DNA from: Eledone cirrhosa
Taxonomy: Eukaryota
Direction: 5' to 3'
Length of the DNA: 64,000 bases
NCBI GenBank assembly: GCA_964016885.1
Contig: OZ024759.1
Span: 31,806,001 to 31,870,000 of the forward strand
Part shown: positions 42,506-55,565 of the stretch, piece after piece
Position numbering within the stretch: the stretch's first letter is position 1
Layout: every line of letters begins with the position of its first letter
Made by a program: the position numbers and the translations under genes
Notes under the pieces: generated by a model
What the model saw: the letters and a program-made list of their open reading frames with translations, nothing else
Told to the model about the DNA's origin: nothing
Database searches by the model: none

Positions 42506-43857
42506 GGTTGGGGAATATCATCCCTAAAGCAGAGAAAGAAATTCTTGGGGAAAATATTGAAAGAAAATTGAAAGAAAATTGAAAGAAAATTGAAAGAAAA
42601 TTGAAAGAAATATGATTGAATATTTAAGACAAAAGGATAAAGAAAGTACTTACCTTTTTTGTTTTTTGTTTAGTTAGTTTTGTGTGTGTTTTTGGGGGGT
42701 ATTTTTTTGCGGTTTTTGTTTAGTTTAAAATTGTCGTCTGTTAAAAAAATACGACTGGCACTGCTGCACCTTTGTGTGTGTTTTGTCTGTGGATGAAGGA
42801 GTTAGAAGAGAAAGAGAGAGAAAGAGAGAGATAGAATGTGTGAGAGAGTGAGTGAGTAAGTGTGTGTATGTGTGTAAGAGAGAGTGAAAGAGAGAGAGAG
42901 AGAGAGGGAGAGAGAGATAGAATGCGTGTATGTATGTGTGTGTGTGTAAGAGAGTGAAAGAGAGTGAGAGAGAGGGTGAGATTATCTGCTGCTTGGCTTG
43001 TCTGTCTAAAGTGGGGGGAAGGAGGCAGGGAGAGAGTTTGGCTCAGAACTTGGTGGCAGTGATGGTGGTGGTGGTGGTGGTAGTGATGGTTATGGTGGTG
43101 GCAGTGATGGTGGTGGTGGCGGTGGTAGTGATGGTTATGGTGGTAGTGATGGTGGTGGTGTTAGTTATGGTTATGGTAGTGTTGGGGGTACAGACGAATT
43201 GCCGTGATGGTGGTGGTAGTGATGGTAGCAGTGGTAGTGGTGGTGGCAGTGGTGGTGGTGTAGGTGGTACAGACGTATTGCCGTAATGGTGGTGATGTTG
43301 GTGGTGGCAGTGATGATGGTGGTGATGGTGGTGTTGGTTATGGTGGTGGTGGTGGCGGCCTGGCGTGGTGATGGTGGCGGTGGTGGTGGCAGTGATGATG
43401 ATGGTGGTGGTGGCGGTGATAGTGATGGTGGTGTTGGTTATGGTGGTGGTGGCCTGGCGTGGTGATGGTGGTGTTGGTGGCAGTGATGGTGGTAGTAGTA
43501 GTGGTGGTGGTGTTGGTGGTACAGACAGATTGTCGTAATGGTGGTGGTAGCAGTGATGATGGTGGTGGTGGTAGTAATGGTGGTGGTAGCAGTGGGCATT
43601 GGAAGAGTAGAAATAAGAGGAGTGAGAGAAAGGTGAGCAATGCAAACACATTTACCATCTCCCACCCTCTCTCTATCTCTCTTAATGTCTCTTTATCTCT
43701 CTCTCTATCTCTCTATCTATCTATCTCTATCTCTATCTATCTATTTCTGTCTATCTATCTCTATCTCTATCTATTTCTATCTATCTATCTCTATCTCTAT
43801 CTATCTATCTCTATCTCTATCTATCTATCTCTATCTCTCTATCTCTTTCTATCTATC

Positions 43858-43939
<82 letters not shown>

Positions 43940-44378
43940 CACACACACACACACAAAGTAACATGCAGTGTGAGTCAACGAAGAAACAGCTAAATGGTCA
44001 CTTGACCTGCTAGAAATAACACTTAAATCTCCCTCAAATCATAACTTGATGTCTTCAAGACTTTAGACAATGTGTTTTAGTGTAACACCGAGGGAAAACA
44101 CCGGGATGGGCATGGATGGAATGCCATTGATTATACATGTGTATTCATACATTCATATATACACATAGACGCAAACATACATACCCGTACGTATATACAC
44201 ACACGCACACACACACACACACATAGCTTATATACATTTGTTTATGCTGGTCTTCCGTCGGCTCCCACGACGAGTATTCCAGTTGATTTTAATCAACGGG
44301 ACAGCCTTGCTCTTGAAATTAACGTGCAAGTGGCAGAAGATTTCACAACCACGTGTATTTTTAACTTGATTCTTAAGC

Positions 44379-44765
44379 TAGATGTAAAATATAGTCCCCC
44401 TCAAAACTGGTAACAGACCCTTGTTAGATGTAAAATATAGTCCCTATCAAAAGTGGCAACAGGCTCAGGCTAGGTGTGAAATATAGTCCCACTCAAAACT
44501 GATAACAGACCCCTGTTAGATGTAAACTGTAGCCCCTCTCAAAACTGGTAATAGGTCCCCTGTTAAATGTAAAATATAGTCCCTCACAAAACTGGTAACA
44601 GACCCCCTGTTAGATGTAAAATATAGTACCCTTCAAAACTGGTAACAGACCCCTGTTAGATGTAAAATATAGTCCCTCTCAAAATTGGTTACAGACCCTT
44701 GTTAGATGTAAAATATAGTCCCTCTCAAAACTGGTAACATACTCAGGCTAGGTGTGAAGTATAGA
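44379..44765. repeat. ~46-bp minisatellite, ~8 units
   Basis: TAGATGTAAAATATAGTCCCTCTCAAAACTGGTAACAGACCCCTGT iterated without spacers. Confidence 0.9.
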
Positions 44766-44878
44766 TCCCATTTCAAACTACTCATTAAGTATTTTAGTAA
44801 TTAGTGCTAAATATTTTATCTAAAGACATTTTTTCCAATTCCGCCCCGCCCGTCGCTTCAATCTATTTTATTTCTCAT

Positions 44879-44918
44879 TCTTTGTTCTGATGAAGGACTA
44901 GCGTCCGAAACGTTAAGA
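44879..44918 (+). ncRNA. Minimal variant hammerhead motif
   Basis: CTGATGA-A-GGAC TAGC GTCC-GAAACGTT-AAGA; palindromic AACGTT. Confidence 0.72.
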
Positions 44919-45307
44919 CCCTCTTCCTGCTATTTCAAGCATTAACCTAATATGTTCCTTCCATATACTGTACCGATTGTGTTGTTATTTCTGTTTACCT
45001 TTTACATATATATATACACACACACACGCACACATTTCCTCTTAGCTTCGGACGGACGTATAATAACACACACACACACGTGGCATATGCACGCACACAC
45101 GTATAGTTCTATATACAAAACGGTTTTTTTCCTCTTTCAGGTAGACGCAATCCATCATCCACTTTTCTAAAAAAATAAACCCTACACAAAACGCCAGCAT
45201 CAACAGTTTTCCAAGAGATGTCCACATGAATGGACCTGTTATTTTTATCTAAAAGCATTTTTCCCGATTTCGCCCCGCCCGTGTCTTCGATCTTTCTAAT
45301 TTCTCAT

Positions 45308-45347
45308 TCTTTGTTCTGATGAAGGACTAGCGTCCGAAACGTTAAGA
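45308..45347 (+). ncRNA. Minimal variant hammerhead motif (identical second copy)
   Basis: Same sequence 429 nt downstream. Confidence 0.72.
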
Positions 45348-45486
45348 CCCACTTGCTGCTATATCAAGCGTTAACCTCATATATTCCTTCTATATACTGT
45401 ACCGATTGTGTTGTTATTTCTGTTTCATTTTTACACACGCGCCCCCCCCCCCACTCTCTCACTCTCTCACTCTCTCACTCACTCAC

Positions 45487-45548
<62 letters not shown>

Positions 45549-45762
45549 GAGTCGGTTTTTTTCGTTGTTCTGGTCCCTGCGGCTGGCTTACCGGTCGCTG
45601 TCTTCAATTTGCAAAGCTGTCTAAACGTAATGTTATAACTCTAAGGTGAAATTCCTTATTGAGTGCTTTAGTTGCACATTCCGACTGCATTCGTTAGCTT
45701 AGCTGCAGCCAGAGCTTCGATTATGCTGTACTTCCATTTGTATATATATATATATATATGTA

Positions 45763-45955
45763 TAGGAAAAGAGTCAGGACCCCGACGGCTGAGCTCCGGC
45801 CGTTTCGCCAGCTATTTCAGAACTAGCTGTCGAAACGGCTTGAGCTTTGCCGTCGGGGTCCTGACTCTTTTCCTATTACCCACTCTACTACCCATAATAT
45901 CGAGTACTCTGGTGCGTTATGGTCCAACTGGTTCCTTACCACACTTCCTTCGTTA
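45763..45955 (+). mobile_element. PLE-like fold-back element, family B
   Basis: Inverted arms meeting in putative stem II; (TA)n flanks. Confidence 0.7.
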
Positions 45956-46000
45956 TATTTATATATATATATATAATTTTATTGAGGATAAATAGTGAGT

Positions 46001-46048
46001 CTTGTTACTCTGGAGTTTCGTCTGTTTATCACAGGGTCATCAGACAAG
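46001..46048 (-). ncRNA. Type I hammerhead ribozyme motif (GUA)
   Basis: CTTGT-CTGATGA-CC CTGT GATAA ACAG AC-GAAACTCCAGAGTA-ACAAG. Confidence 0.78.
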
Positions 46049-46119
46049 CACTAACATTCAATAACAGATACTTAAGATCTACTTCCGTATTGAGTACTCT
46101 TTTCTCTCAGCCGTCAACG

Positions 46120-46201
<82 letters not shown>

Positions 46202-46569
46202 CGTTTCTGAATTTGTTTAGCAAGATTCTTTATCTGAAATCGTGTGTTGAAACCGATATTGTTATACTTTGGGAGGGCCAATAAGAAACACAGACGTTTC
46301 TTATTAGCAACATGACCCTCCCAAAGTATAACTATATATATATATATAGACCCCCTCTTCAAAATTGTAGACCCGTGCTTGTCTGGTCACCCCTCTGTTC
46401 TTGCCTAGATTTACATCAAGGGTAGATAACCTTTTTAGTATCAGCACCACGCAAAAAACCCACGTGTAAAGCTATGTACTGAGAAATACAATCTATCTTT
46501 AATTTTTCAATTTCATGGATATGTAACTTATTACATTTATATTGAGTTGATATTAAATTAATATTAATT

Positions 46570-46712
46570 CAGGGCGGTGAATTGGCAGTATCGGCATAGT
46601 TACATCCCGCCGAGGTTAACTTTGCCTTTCATCCTTACAAGGTCGATAAAATAAAGTACCAGTAATGTACTGGGGTAATTGCTAGCCTTGTGCCAAAATT
46701 AGAAACAATTAA
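46570..46712 (+). mobile_element. Internally deleted Meta-like SINE
   Basis: Head joined to core with B box lost. Confidence 0.75.
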
Positions 46713-47170
46713 TATTAATTTAATATTAAATTAATATTAATTCCGCCATAACACACTGTCCTTGAACTCAATTCATAATTGATAATGCCGCCATAAGAAG
46801 GAAACAAGTTAGTATTTGTTGTTTTTTTTTTCGTTTGGCTTCGACATAGTTTTTCTTTTGACAATTTGTATCTTCTTCCGAAATATATCAAGAACTAATT
46901 AGATATTTCCAAGGTAACATGCCAACACCTTTGCAATCGTTATTTTTAACATCTAATGTTCTGTTTGCATTGCTGTAGCATTCTAACATACTGCTTTCTA
47001 CATTTCCCATAATGCTTGAAGCAGACTACAACACACTCCCAATACACAACCAGCCATCCACACTCACAGACTGACATATGTATATCGACAGACACACGCA
47101 TATATATATACATATATATATACACACATACATATACATGCGCACACAAGTCAAGGCGTCCTAACATGCC

Positions 47171-47216
<46 letters not shown>

Positions 47217-47337
47217 TGTCTATACACACACATACATATATATATTTATACACGTCTATACACACACACACATATATATATATATGCATGTGTCTATACA
47301 CACACACACACACACATATATATATGCATGTGTCTAT

Positions 47338-47370
<33 letters not shown>

Positions 47371-47419
47371 CACATGTCTATACACACACACACACATATA
47401 TATATATGCATGTGTCTAT

Positions 47420-47452
<33 letters not shown>

Positions 47453-47927
47453 CATGTCTATACACACACACACACACATATATATATATATGCATGTGTC
47501 TATACATATATGTCTGTATAGACACATGCATATATTTCACGCGCTGACGAGCACACAGAATTGTTGCAGGAACAGACTGACGCATGCAATGTAGAATATC
47601 TATCTACATACACACATCTACCCCCTATTCCCCCCCTCCCCATCTACCCCCTCTTCCCCCTCTCCCCCATCTACCCCCTCTTCCCCCTCTCCCCCATCTA
47701 CCCCCTCTTCCCCTCCCCATCTACCCCCTCTTCCCCCTCCCCATCTACCCCCCTCTTCCCCCCTCTCTCTCTCTCTATATATATATGGATGAGAAGGTTG
47801 ACTGAAACACCTTTCATAAGACCACAGGAAAAGCAAGAGATATATAAAGAGGCAGACGGATAAGTCTCGCCCCTTGTATTATAGATAGACAGATAGACAG
47901 ACAGAGAGACAGAGAGACAGAGAGATA

Positions 47928-48385
47928 TCTTTCTTTATTTGCCACAGGGGCGTACAAAAAGGGGACATTACAAGACGTGACAGCGGGGTTTTTACATAAA
48001 TAATAACTTTAACATTAATAAATAACAATAAACTATATATAATAAAATAACAATTGAAATCCCCAGTAGGGGCGAACGTTACTGCAGGGTTGTTTTACAC
48101 CCCGTGGATAGAACAACCCTCAACACCAGGAACACGTTTTGTAGGTGTTCCCGTCTTCCCTCTGTTTATCTTCTTCAACCTACAGGTTTATATACAGAGA
48201 AGGTCCATTCACTCGGGCCATTTTCCCCACATTCACCCACCTTTCAGCGAATTTATGGGGTGTAGCACATCTCTCTCCACTCTCACCTTCCTTCTGAAGT
48301 GATACTTAACGAAGGGGATAAGTTGTTGTCCGGAGAGAAAGGTTTTTGCCCTCAGTCCTTTTAAGCTCGTCCACCATATTACCTT
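47928..48385 (-). mobile_element. L1/Tx1-like LINE 3' end
   Basis: Homologous to 11915-12402. Confidence 0.6.
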
Positions 48386-48405
48386 GTATTATAGATAGAC
48401 AGACA

Positions 48406-48597
48406 TGGGCAGTGGATTGGCAGTATCGGTAGAGGGCCGGGCGCCATGCTTTGACGCATAGAGTTACGGCCCTTGCCATTCTGAGTTCAAATCCCGCCGA
48501 GGTTAACTTTGCCTTTCATCCTTACGGGGTCGATAAAATAAAGTACCAGCAATGTACTGGTTAATTTCTGGCCTTGTGCCAATAGTAGAAACAATTA
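48406..48597 (+). mobile_element. Full-length tRNA-derived Meta-like SINE
   Basis: A/B boxes, core, tail. Confidence 0.88.
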
Positions 48598-48821
48598 TAG
48601 ACAGACAGACAGACAGACAGATGTAAAGATAGTCTTCTGTATAGGAAGATGGAAATGGGGGGGGGGGGGGTAAGATAGCGGAAGAGACCATAAAGAAATA
48701 TATTTTTGTGTGAGACACATACATATATATAAATTCACGTATACATACATACATATATGATGATCATTTATGCATACATATAATATGTGTGTGTGTGTAT
48801 GTGTATATGTGTATGTATATA

Positions 48822-48854
<33 letters not shown>

Positions 48855-48890
48855 GTGTGTTTAAATATATATATCTAAATGTTTATATAA

Positions 48891-48930
<40 letters not shown>

Positions 48931-48993
48931 ATATATATCTATATGTTTATATAAGAATATATATATATATATATTATATATATATGTTTATAT

Positions 48994-49045
<52 letters not shown>

Positions 49046-49108
49046 ATGACTGTATTTATATTAATGTATGTATCTGTTTTTGTCGTGTGTGCTCTTGTAT
49101 ATACACAC

Positions 49109-49165
<57 letters not shown>

Positions 49166-49179
49166 ATATATATATATAT

Positions 49180-49216
<37 letters not shown>

Positions 49217-49217
49217 C

Positions 49218-49274
<57 letters not shown>

Positions 49275-49579
49275 GGGGTGGTGTTGGGAGTGAGAAAGAT
49301 GAACCCAGGGGAGAGGGTGTGAAAAAAAATAGAAGCAGATTAGGATAAAGGAAGGGACAGCCCCTCCCTAAAAAAATCGCCAGATTTGTGGGGATGGAAT
49401 AGTGGGGTGGAATAGGGATGGGAGTGTTGGTCGTAGGAGTGGCGTAGGGGTGATAACTAGGGGTGGTGGGGTTGTGGGTGGTATGGATGTCGAGAAGTAG
49501 GAAATAGGTATATATTACAGATACCGGAAGAATTATACCACCGCCATCACCAATAACAACACCATCACCACCACCCTTC

Positions 49580-50560
49580 CAGTTACCCCCTACCCTTCAC
49601 CACCATTCCAGTTACCCCCTACCCTTGATCATCACCATCACCCCCTACCCTTGATCATCACCATCACCCCCTACCCTTCATCACCACCGTCACCATCACC
49701 CCCTACCCTACATCACCATCACCCCCTACCCTACATCACCATCACCCCCTACCCTACATCACCATCACCCCCTACCCTACATCACCATCACCCTCTACCC
49801 TACATCACCATCACCCGCTACCCTACATCACCATCACCCTCTACCCTACATCACCATCACCCCCTACCCTACATCACCATCATCCCCTACCCTACATCAC
49901 CATCATCCCCTACCCTACATCACCATCACCCCCTACCCTACATCACCATCACCCCCTACCCTACATCACCATCACCCCCTACCCTACATCACCATCACCC
50001 TCTACCCTACATCACCATCACCCCCTACCCTACATCACCATCACCCTCTACCCTACATCACCATCACCCCCTACCCTACATCACCATCACCCTCTACCCT
50101 ACATCACCATCACCCCCTACCCTACATCACCATCACCCTCTACCCTACATCACCATCACCCCCTACCCTACATCACCATCACCCTCTACCCTACATCACC
50201 ATCATCCCCTACCCTACATCACCATCATCCCCTACCCTTCACCATCACCCCTACCCTTCACCACCATCATCACCCCCACCCTTGATCATCACCATCATCA
50301 CCCCCACCCTTGATCATCACCATCACCACCATCACCACCATCATCCATCACCCCTACCCTTCATCACCCCCTACCATCCATCACCCCCTACCCTTCATCA
50401 CCATCATCATCCCATCACCCCTACCCCTCACCCCCCACCATCATCATCACCATCATCCTTCATCATCCTCACCATCACCCCCCCACTATCATCATCCCAT
50501 CATCCCCTACCCTTCATCACCATCATCATCCCATCATCCCCTACTCTTACCCACAGACCC
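49580..50560. repeat. 23-bp minisatellite CCCTACATCACCATCACCCCCTA
   Basis: Homogeneous core ~49700-50230, degenerate flanks. Confidence 0.9.
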
Positions 50561-50789
50561 TCATCTCATCCGCACCCCCTGTAAAAGAATTCGGAGGTGT
50601 GGGATAGAGGTAGTGGTGTAGCTGGGGTAATTATGGTGGGGAAGGGTTGCCTTAGTCTTATAAAAATGATAATGGCTTCTGATTGAGGTACAAGATCAAG
50701 AATTTTTTTGTGGGGAAGGGCCAAGTGGATTTAATGGAGCCCCAGTGGGTACCACACAGCCAAGTGTACTCTCCTGTGTACTCATTATA

Positions 50790-51306
50790 AGTGTTTCTAC
50801 TTTTGGCACAAGGCCAGCAATTACTCCAGTGCATTACTGGTACTTTATTTTATCGACCCCGTAACGATGAAAGGCAAAGTTAACCTCGGCGGGATTCGAA
50901 CTCAGACTGTAAAGGGCCGTAACTCTATGCCGCAAATCATGGCGTCCGACGCTCTACCGATACTGGAAATCCACCGTCCTGACCGCCCTTTAACAATTGT
51001 TTCTACTTTTGGCACAAGGCCAGCAATTATCCCAGTGTATGACTGGTACTTTATTTTATCGACCCCCGTAAGGATGAAATGAAAGCCAAAGTTAACCTCG
51101 GCGGGATTTGAACTCAGACTGTAAAGGGCCGTAACTCTATGCCGCAAAGCATGGCGTCCGATCCTCCACCGATACTTCAAATCCACCGTCCTCACCTCCC
51201 TTTAACAATTGTTTCTACTTTTGGCACAAGGCCAGCAATTATCCCAGTGCATTACTGGTACTTTATTTGATCGACCCTGTAAGGATGAAAGGCAAAGCTA
51301 ACCTCA
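50790..51306 (-). mobile_element. Head-to-tail array of three Meta-like SINEs
   Basis: Units ~50792-50990, 50995-51200, 51207-51306 (last 5'-truncated). Confidence 0.85.
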
Positions 51307-51377
51307 TAATAATAAAACAACACTTTAGGGAACAGCAAGTACTACCAATCTGAGGTTAGATAACTTGATACGGAGTC

Positions 51378-51420
<43 letters not shown>

Positions 51421-51424
<4 letters not shown>

Positions 51425-51654
51425 AACGAGTAGGATCCCGACGGCTGAGCTCAAGCCGTTTCAACGGCTAATTCTGGACTTTATTTTTTTAAATTTTTAT
51501 TATTATTTTTTTTTTTTAGTCCAGAATTAGCCGTCGAAACGGCTTGAGCTCAGCCGTCGGGGTCCTACTCGTTCCTATTACCCACTCTACTACCCTAAGT
51601 ATTGAGTACTTTGGTGCGTTATGGTCCACCTGGTTCCTTACCACATTTCCTTCG

Positions 51655-51657
<3 letters not shown>
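51421..51657 (+). mobile_element. PLE-like fold-back element, family B
   Basis: ~60-bp inverted arms around a T-rich spacer; (TA)n flanks. Confidence 0.72.
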
Positions 51658-51694
<37 letters not shown>

Positions 51695-51896
51695 ATACTT
51701 GGGGAGGGTCATATTGTTATAATAATATTGCCAGAATTAACAACAGAACACACAAACCTGTTTGGTTGGTTTTCGCTTCTGTATCTTTTATATCAGTTAA
51801 TTCATTCGGTCCTCAATATTTACCATTGACTGACCAACGGTCAAAAATACAGATATAATATAGACACATACACACATATATATATATATAGCCTAA

Positions 51897-51937
51897 AAAA
51901 GTTCTTTCGTTGCACATCTGCAACATCGTCAGTGGTG
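51897..51937 (-). ncRNA. Hammerhead core with decayed stem I
   Basis: CTGACGA-T-GTTGCA GATG TGCAAC-GAAAGAACTT. Confidence 0.5.
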
Positions 51938-52015
51938 CTATTATGTTCCTCCTGTTGAAAAGATGGCGTAAAGATACAATACAACAGGAGGAACACAATA
52001 GCAGAAAAGATGGCG

Positions 52016-52079
<64 letters not shown>

Positions 52080-52260
52080 GAGTTTTACTATGAATTAACT
52101 GTTTTTTGTTTAATTTCATTGTTTCCACTATTTGTATTTTTGACTCTGTATCCAATGAATTCTATCGTTGAAATTTTGTATTTTAAACTTTGCCTCACGA
52201 CATCTTCTACATTGAGTTCTTCATAAGGCTTGGACCCTACCATTGATTGGTGGATTTATC

Positions 52261-52297
<37 letters not shown>

Positions 52298-52337
52298 GAC
52301 TGGTGCGTTATGGTCTATCTGGTTCCTTACCACACTT

Positions 52338-52398
<61 letters not shown>

Positions 52399-52584
52399 CT
52401 AATATATTCTATATATCCTCTAATATATATATACCCCTAATATATTCTATATTTCTCTCTCTCCCCCTCTCCCAACTCTCTACCCCCCATCCCTCCCCCC
52501 ATCCCCCTCCCCCTCTCTCCACCCACCCCTCTCCCCCTCTCTCCATCCCTCTCCCCCTTCTCTCCCCCTCCCCCTTCTCCCCCT

Positions 52585-52850
52585 GAGTTCAAATCCCGTC
52601 GGGGTTAACTTTGCCTTTCATCCTTACGAGGTCGATAAAATAAAGTACCAGTAATATAATGGAGATAATTGCTGGCCTTGTGCCAAAAGTAGAAACAATT
52701 ATTATTATAAATCCTATCGAAGTTTAACTTTGCCTTTCATCCTTACGGGGTCGATAAAATAAAGTACCAGTAATACACTTGGGTCGATTTAATCGACTTT
52801 ACCCTTACCTTCAAATTACTGGCGTTCTGCCAAATGTAGAAACAATCTAA
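52585..52850 (+). mobile_element. Two tandem 5'-truncated Meta-like SINEs
   Basis: Core TTAACTTTGCCTTTCATCCTTACG twice. Confidence 0.8.
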
Positions 52851-53065
52851 ACTATAATTATTATAATGAACAGTTAACCCAGATCTGAATTTCAATAAGT
52901 TACCTGGAGATGTTCTCAGCCAGATCATGTAACATTTTCTGTAATAAAACGTTTAGCTTTTTACGTTTTTGTTGTTTAAAAACATGAAACAGGAAACGAT
53001 GTGGTATATTTTTTTACGATAGCAAGGACAGAATATGTATGTATGTATGTGTATACATATATATG

Positions 53066-53097
<32 letters not shown>

Positions 53098-53139
53098 TAC
53101 ATATGTATTATATATTCCGTCCGTGCTACAATAAAAAAA

Positions 53140-53175
<36 letters not shown>

Positions 53176-53209
53176 TGCCTCTCTGTTTTGTTACCGTTCC
53201 ATTTTCCAC

Positions 53210-53289
<80 letters not shown>

Positions 53290-53367
53290 AATATATGTGA
53301 ATATATATATATATGCATTCGTGAGTGAATATATATATATAATTACATACAAATAATTACATAGGTG

Positions 53368-53444
<77 letters not shown>

Positions 53445-53597
53445 GTATGTAATTATTTTGGGTTAGTAAAAACACTTCGATGTTAAACTTTCTAACCAGC
53501 ACCACACTCACCACCACGTGTGTGTGGTGTCTGCATGTAAGTATATGTGTGAATGCAGGAATGTCTATATATATATATACATACATACATGCATACA

Positions 53598-53676
<79 letters not shown>

Positions 53677-53724
53677 CTATGTGTGAATGCAGGAATGTAT
53701 ATGTATATATATATATATATATAT

Positions 53725-53776
<52 letters not shown>

Positions 53777-53799
53777 GTGTGAATGCAGGAATGTCTATG

Positions 53800-53848
<49 letters not shown>

Positions 53849-53865
53849 CTATATATATATACATG

Positions 53866-53961
<96 letters not shown>

Positions 53962-54899
53962 TATATATATACACACATACATACACACATATATATGTAT
54001 ATATAATACAAACGTATGTATATGTATATTAGCTATTTGTCTTCCCTGTTATCTAAATTAATATGCAAATTAATCTATAAAATGCCTCGACTTCATTAAC
54101 GACTTCAAACATCTAAGACACTCTTGATTGTATCGCCGAAATTTATTCAAAAATTTAATTACTTTTCACTCGATTCAGTCATTAGACCGTGGCCATGCTG
54201 GGGCATCAATGTCTTCTAGGGTGCTTTTTTGGGGGGAAGGGGACGGTGTTATTATAGTCGATCATATCACAACTTTAGTACTCAGTTTATCGATTAGTCT
54301 GGTACTTAAATGTTCGATTTCTGTTTTACGGGGCATAGAAGCATATATGGTGTAAATGCATGGGTACACATGCGCTCACACACAAGCACACACACACAAA
54401 CAAGCATGCACACACACACACACACAGATAATACATGTTTACACATATACAAACACATACTTAATGCACACTCACACATACATACACACATATGCGTACA
54501 AAACTCACAGATACATAAATGTTTACATATATACACATACAAACATTCACACACCCACATATATGTGTATATCTACATATATACACATACATACAAACAT
54601 TCGCACACCCACACACATATGTATACATCTACATATATACACATACATACACATACATACAAACACACACTCACACACACATATATATTTGAGAGAGGCC
54701 ACACCTCCACACCTCCACACACACATATATATTTGAGAGAGGCCACACGTCCACACCTCCACACACACACATATCTCTGAGGTGGTCTTGGCAGGTTGCT
54801 GCTATTTCTAACATGTCGATTGACCATGGCTGTGGGTTTGTCTATAGTCTCTTCTCTGCATAATATATCAAGTAGATGACTCGCGTGGTACACCCATAT

Positions 54900-55565
54900 C
54901 CCTGACGGCATGACATGAGTGATTGACCTGACATGACCTGACCTATATGACATGACCTGACCTATATGGCATGACCTGACCTATATGACATGACCTGACC
55001 TGTATGACATGACATGGCCCTGATGGTATGACATGAGTGATGACCTGACCTGACATGACCTGACCTATATGACATGACATGGCCCTGATGGTATGACATG
55101 AGTGATGACCTGACCTATATGGCATGACATGGCTCTGGTGAGATGACCCTGACGGCATGACATGAGTCACCTGGCCTGACCTGACCTGACCTATAACACA
55201 TGACATGGCCCTGATGGTATTCATGATCCAGATGACCCAGAAACCATAAATACTCCAGATGACACAGATGTCATAAATACTCCAGATGACACGTATGATT
55301 CAGATAGGATGACTCAGATGACACAAATACTCCAGATGACACGGATGGTCCAGATGTCATGAATGGTCCAGATGACATGGATGGTCCAGATGTCTTAAAT
55401 ACCCCAGATGACACGTATGAACCAGATAGGATAACCCAGATGACACAGATGTCATAAATAGTCCAGCTGACACGTATGATCCAGATAGGATGACCCCAGA
55501 TAACACAGATGTCATAAATAGTCCAGATGACATGGATGGTCCAGATGGAGTGACCCAGATGAGAT
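54900..55565. repeat. Compound satellite: (ATGAC/CTGAC) pentamers grading into CCAGATGAC ~19-bp units
   Basis: Tandem iterations. Confidence 0.8.

Larger units (their letters stand above)
44812..45435 (+). mobile_element. Penelope-like partial tandem (pLTR-like direct repeats)
   Basis: ~195-bp direct repeats at 44812-45010 and 45240-45435, each with an HHR motif. Confidence 0.7.

Noticed and set aside
44379-44765. CRISPR-like regular array
   Set aside because: Units are contiguous with no unique spacers, no cas genes, eukaryotic context
54780-54905. Possible minus-strand coding exon (GIWVYHASHLLDILCREE...)
   Set aside because: No recognisable homology or clear splice sites
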